A DNA stretch of 52,033 nt from Bryobacter sp. (GTDB lineage Bacteria > Acidobacteriota > Terriglobia > Bryobacterales > Bryobacteraceae), in contig JANXUM010000262.1 of NCBI GenBank assembly GCA_025356215.1, forward strand, positions 1-52,033, given 5' to 3'. The notes under the pieces are model-generated. The model had not been told where the DNA came from. It worked only from the letters and a program-made list of their open reading frames with translations, and did no database searches. Positions 48,186-52,033 of this stretch are shown piece by piece (the first letter of the stretch is position 1; each line of letters opens with the position of its first letter). The translations under genes were made by a program, and so were the position numbers.

Positions 48186-48933
48186 TGGCTTCTCCTGACT
48201 GGATGCGGGCCAGGATGTCGGGCGTGGCTCCGTTTGCGATTCGTACCTCGCCAACGCCGTTATCGAGGGCGAAGGCGGCGGCGCGAAGTTTGGCGAGCAT
48301 GCCGCCGGTGGCGACGCCCGAGTCGATGAGTAGATTGGCTTCGGTTTTTCGCAAGGTGGGGATGGGTTGGCCATCGGCACCGCGGACGCCTTCGACGTCG
48401 GTGAGGAAGAGCAGGCGGTCTGCGCGCCAGGCAGCGGCGAGGCTAGTGGCCATCTGGTCGGCGTTGACGTTGTAGACATTGCCGGCCCGGTCTCCGCCAA
48501 CGCAGGCGATGGCGGGGAGGAAGCTGGCGGCGCAAAGGGTGTCAAGAATGCGGGTATTGGCGCGGACGGGACGACCGACTTGGCCGAGGGCGGGGTTGAC
48601 GGTTTCGCACTCGGTAAGAGCGCAGTCGATTCCAGTGAGGCCGACGGCTTCGAGCCCGGCGGCAACCAAACTGGCAACGAGTTCGTGGTTGACGGTGCCG
48701 GCGAAGACCTTGAGGACCGCGTCGATGACGGCGGGGCTGGAGACCCTTAGGCCTTCGATGAACTCATTGGGGACGCCTCGTTCTTCGAGGAAGCGGGTCA
48801 TCTGCTTGCCGCCGCCGTGGACGACGGCGAGCATTGGGTTTGCTTTGTGAGCGCCGGCGAGTTGGGTGGCGATGCGCGCGCGGGAGGCGGGGTCGTCGAG
48901 CAGTGCTCCGCCGAGTTTTACCAATAGTTTCAT
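48163..48933 (-). CDS. argB: Acetylglutamate kinase
   Basis: VKLGG, VHGGGKQ, GLRVS, YNVNADQMA, FLTDVEGV, TGGMLAKL. Confidence 0.95.
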   Translation of the reverse strand: MKLLVKLGGALLDDPASRARIATQLAGAHKANPMLAVVHGGGKQMTRFLEERGVPNEFIEGLRVSSPAVIDAVLKVFAGTVNHELVASLVAAGLEAVGLTGIDCALTECETVNPALGQVGRPVRANTRILDTLCAASFLPAIACVGGDRAGNVYNVNADQMATSLAAAWRADRLLFLTDVEGVRGADGQPIPTLRKTEANLLIDSGVATGGMLAKLRAAAFALDNGVGEVRIANGATPDILARIQSGEAIGTAFLA

Positions 48934-48937
48934 CGGG

Positions 48938-49921
48938 TTAGAGGCCTTCTTCTTCCGGAAGGCCGAGGATCAAATTCATGTTTTGGATGGCTTGGCCGGC
49001 GGCTCCTTTGACCAGATTGTCGATCGCCGAGACGACGACGGTGCGACCGTCGGGCTGTTGCGTGAAGCCAATTTCACAATTGTTGGTGCGGCGTACGGCG
49101 TGGAGGTCGGGTACCTGGCCGGGCGGGAGGACACGGACAAAGCGCTCGTTGGCATAGGCAGCCGCGTAAATCTGTACCAAGGCGTCTTGATTGAAATTGG
49201 GACTGGCGGCGCGGAAATAAATCGTCTCGAGTATGCCCCGATCAATGGGTATGAGTTGAGCTGTGAAGCTGAATTGAGCCTCGGCCAGGTCGGAGTGTTG
49301 GAGGACTTCGGGGACATGGCGGTGGTCAAGAATGGAGTAGGCAGAGAAGTTCTCGGTCACCTCGCAGAAGGAAGTTTTGAGACTGGCCTTGCGACCAGCC
49401 CCGGAGACGCCGCTCTTGGCGTCGCAGATAATACCGGCGGCAAGGTTGACGGCACCAGCCTCGATGAGGGGACGGATGGCGAGGTTGGCGGCGGTGGGGT
49501 AGCAGCCGGGATTGGAGACAAGGCGGGCGCGCTTGATCCTATCGCGGTAGAACTCGGGGAGCCCGTAGGCGGCCTCCGGGAGCAGATCGGCGGCAGCGTG
49601 CTCTTCCTTGTACCACCGCTTGTAGTCTTCTACAGACTTGAAGCGAAAGGCACCGGAGAGGTCAACGACTTTGGCTCCCGAGGCGAGGAAGATCGGGGCG
49701 AGTTCCATGGAAGCCTCGGGGGGAGTGGCGAGGAAGACAACGTCAAGGCCATGATCCTTGACGGTATTTGGGCCGAGGGCAGGGGCGGAGCCGCCGTCCG
49801 TGCGATGTTCGAGGCTAACCGGGGCGACGGAGCGGTGGCGATTGAGGATATGGACAAGTTCGGCACCGGAATAGCCCCGGAACCCAACGATGCCCGCGCG
49901 AAGCGCCTTGTTGCTGGACAT
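48938..49921 (-). CDS. argC: N-acetyl-gamma-glutamyl-phosphate reductase
   Basis: GFRGYSGAEL, VDLSGAFR, SNPGCYPT, DAKSGVSGAGR, HRHVPE, DNLVKGAAGQAIQNMN. Confidence 0.96.
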   Translation of the reverse strand: MSSNKALRAGIVGFRGYSGAELVHILNRHRSVAPVSLEHRTDGGSAPALGPNTVKDHGLDVVFLATPPEASMELAPIFLASGAKVVDLSGAFRFKSVEDYKRWYKEEHAAADLLPEAAYGLPEFYRDRIKRARLVSNPGCYPTAANLAIRPLIEAGAVNLAAGIICDAKSGVSGAGRKASLKTSFCEVTENFSAYSILDHRHVPEVLQHSDLAEAQFSFTAQLIPIDRGILETIYFRAASPNFNQDALVQIYAAAYANERFVRVLPPGQVPDLHAVRRTNNCEIGFTQQPDGRTVVVSAIDNLVKGAAGQAIQNMNLILGLPEEEGL

Positions 49922-49957
49922 GATTAATTATTCAGTTCTTATGAATAATTATACCAT
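49919..49957 (-). promoter_or_regulatory. Tandem ARG boxes (ArgR operator) overlapping an extended -10 promoter
   Basis: catgattaattattcagt (49919-36), 3-bp spacer, tatgaataattataccat (49940-57); minus strand TGGTATAAT at 49956-49948. Confidence 0.8.
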
Positions 49958-49959
49958 CG

Positions 49960-50799
49960 TCAGGAAAAGGTGCGAAGCTCGTCGAGGAAGCGGTGTAGGA
50001 TCTCATCGATCGTAGCGATGGGCGGGTATTTAGCGAGGTGATGATGGATATCCTCAACGATCCGTTTTGAGGCACGAGCATCCTTCATATCGGGATCGCG
50101 GTGTGCCCAGTCGCGCCCCGGATGAAGCGTGTCCCACGGTGAACGGTTGTTGGAGCGGGTTTTCGGATCATCGCCGTGCTTACCGAATCCGTAGCAGATA
50201 GCGACCTCGGAGTTCCATATCGGCTTAAAAAGGTTGATCAAATAATCTTCGGCCGCTGTCTGCCAACCGGTTTGAACGACGATCACCCGGAATTCGAAAT
50301 CCGGCAGATTCAGCGTGGTGGTGGCCTTCGCAATGTTTTTCTTATGTTCGGTTAGCCGACTGGCCAACTTGTCGCCCTGCTCGAAAGCAGTTTTGCTTGC
50401 CGGATTGGTGGGATCCGCCTTCCCCACGTAGATTGGATGTTCGCGATTGGCGATTCCCACGTAGGCGGGAAAATCGCCGTTGTAATAGCGAGCGTAAACG
50501 CCAGAGCCGTAAAACCGCTCGATCTTGGCCAGGGGTTTGCGTTGTTGGGCAACCATTGTGATGGCGACAATTCGCCCGGCCACGCTTGGATTGGAAGGGT
50601 CGAAGACGAAGCCTGGCTGCTTGATGGGATCGAGGTTATCGACGACCACGCGAAGTTTTTCGTATGCCTCCGTGATCGTCCTTCGCACCCGCTTGGCTTG
50701 GGGGGCCGGAAGTTCGGCAGCTTCGTGGGCAGCGAGCGACTCGGAGATCCCCTTCAGTTGCGCGGCGAGTTTTTCGAGCGTACTTGGTCTGACAGCCAT
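49960..50799 (-). CDS. Eco29kI-family GIY-YIG type II restriction endonuclease
   Basis: GSGVYARYY...PIYVGKA, RLTEH, AEDYLI..FKPIWN, GFGKH, RSPWDTLHPGRDWA; start overlaps methylase stop (TGATG). Confidence 0.87.
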   Translation of the reverse strand: MAVRPSTLEKLAAQLKGISESLAAHEAAELPAPQAKRVRRTITEAYEKLRVVVDNLDPIKQPGFVFDPSNPSVAGRIVAITMVAQQRKPLAKIERFYGSGVYARYYNGDFPAYVGIANREHPIYVGKADPTNPASKTAFEQGDKLASRLTEHKKNIAKATTTLNLPDFEFRVIVVQTGWQTAAEDYLINLFKPIWNSEVAICYGFGKHGDDPKTRSNNRSPWDTLHPGRDWAHRDPDMKDARASKRIVEDIHHHLAKYPPIATIDEILHRFLDELRTFS

Positions 50800-51992
50800 C
50801 AGCTGGTCGGTGCCTTTGCGATCAACGTATGCGCGACTGATCGGGCGACGGTCTCGGCGAGCAGTACCGGGACGGCGTTGCCGAGCTGGCGCATGGCCTC
50901 GCTCCATGGCCCACTGAAATGATAGTCGTCTGGGAAGGTTTGGAGGCGCGCCGCCTCCCGCACGGTGAAATAACGCATCGAGGCATCAACGCGCGTCAAC
51001 ATATTTTCCCCGCCCGGAACGCCGTGGTCGCCAGCTTTGAGCGTCTTTGCTGGTTCATCGAGGGGACTGCCCGTGTGGCCGGGGTAGCTGCGGGCACCCG
51101 GATTGAAGCGGTGATTGGCAACCTGGTTATTCGGGAATCGCTCGGGATCGGGCAACCCGGCGATCGCATCGCGCACCGTCCGCCAAGGAGCAAGCTCGTC
51201 GCTAAAGAGCGTTCCACGGCGGAGTCTTTCGACGCTGAGCACGCGCCGGGGATCCAGGTGAGGACGGTTCTTCTTGGCGACCTCATGCCGCGTCCAATAG
51301 TCGCCATCGATCCATTTGGCGCGAAGAAGAGATTGCTCCGAGTGGGTCTCCGGAGGGAAACTCCACTCGACGCCAAGATCTGCGCGGAAGCCGACGAAGA
51401 ATACGCGCTCGCGCTTCTGCGGCACGCCATAATCCGCAGAGTTGAGCAATCGATACACGATGTTGTACTCAGGGCGGATCTGGCCGGAAGTATGGCGTCT
51501 TTCGAGGCGCGCTCGGTGATCCTGCCAAGACTCAGGCTTACGACGAACCAAGCTCGGGTATGTCAGTTGGAGCACGACGTACTCGAAGTAAGTGGCGAAG
51601 CTGTCGCGCATCAGCCCCTTGACGTTCTCGAAAATGAAGGCCTTTGGTTGCAGCTCGCGGACCGCGCGCACGGCCTCGGGGAACATGTCGCGCTCGTCAA
51701 GATAGCCCTTGTGCTTGCCGCCGAGCGAGAAAGGCTGGCAGGGCGGGCCGCCCGAGACCACAACGATGTCGCGGTTTAGGGAAGCGTAGTCAAATTTGCG
51801 AACATCGGCTTGATGGACGGGCCATTGGTCTAAGCCGTGAATGTGACGCCGTTGATTCTCGCGAAAGGTCTCGCAAGCGTCCGGGTTCCACTCAATCACG
51901 GCCGCGTGTTCAAAGCCGGCATTGGCCATCCCGATGGCCAATCCCCCCGCCCCGGCAAATAGCTCAACGCTGCGCAGTTCAACGTTATGCAT
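50799..51992 (-). CDS. DNA (cytosine-5)-methyltransferase, M.Eco29kI/SacII-like
   Basis: ELFAGAGG, GGPPCQPFS, ENVKG, QKRERVF, YPGHTGSPLDEPAKTLKAGDHGVPGGEN, QLGNAVP. Confidence 0.95.
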   Translation of the reverse strand: MHNVELRSVELFAGAGGLAIGMANAGFEHAAVIEWNPDACETFRENQRRHIHGLDQWPVHQADVRKFDYASLNRDIVVVSGGPPCQPFSLGGKHKGYLDERDMFPEAVRAVRELQPKAFIFENVKGLMRDSFATYFEYVVLQLTYPSLVRRKPESWQDHRARLERRHTSGQIRPEYNIVYRLLNSADYGVPQKRERVFFVGFRADLGVEWSFPPETHSEQSLLRAKWIDGDYWTRHEVAKKNRPHLDPRRVLSVERLRRGTLFSDELAPWRTVRDAIAGLPDPERFPNNQVANHRFNPGARSYPGHTGSPLDEPAKTLKAGDHGVPGGENMLTRVDASMRYFTVREAARLQTFPDDYHFSGPWSEAMRQLGNAVPVLLAETVARSVAHTLIAKAPTS

Positions 51993-52033
51993 CGAGAAAG
52001 CTCCTAATTCGCGATTCGAGGCGGGCAGCGGCT

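Noticed and set aside
47625-48677. 350-aa ORF as an ArgA fusion
   Set aside because: The upstream portion overlaps argB in another frame; a TTG start with AGGAG RBS at 48185 gives a normal short GNAT protein.
1-52033. CRISPR arrays, tRNA/rRNA, integrases, IS elements
   Set aside because: None recognised by eye; short or degenerate elements could have been missed without covariance or HMM searches.

Overview
GC-rich, gene-dense bacterial chromosome segment. Gene content (DUF1800/DUF1501 pair, DUF1549/1553 operon, ECF-type Ser/Thr kinase, hpnE) suggests Acidobacteriota, possibly Bryobacteraceae-like; this is inference. The backbone is accA (3' end), MacA/MacB-like ABC components, DUF2760-Hsp70-Hsp70, thiL, fused trpE(G), hpnE, two DUF1501 operons, a molybdopterin-binding protein and argC-argB-argA with tandem ARG boxes. 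Several small accessory blocks interrupt it: an OMF-MFP-RND-Usp efflux operon with a putative leader peptide, a decayed KaiC-like signalling unit ahead of a PAS kinase and response regulator, a hybrid kinase, a 3-gene disulfide-rich-peptide cassette bracketed by a 78-bp duplication of the host gene's 3' end, a broken ParE-type toxin-antitoxin pair and an Eco29kI-like restriction-modification pair. The most promising candidates are (1) the secreted 10-Cys peptide / TonB-C-like protein / thioredoxin cassette, (2) a membrane-anchored peptidoglycan amidase coupled to a non-MreB actin resembling haloarchaeal volactin, and (3) an RGSP-ending upstream ORF that may be a ribosome-arrest peptide for the RND operon. 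No rRNA, tRNA, CRISPR array, integrase or transposase was recognised. All family assignments come from motif recognition by eye, not database searches.
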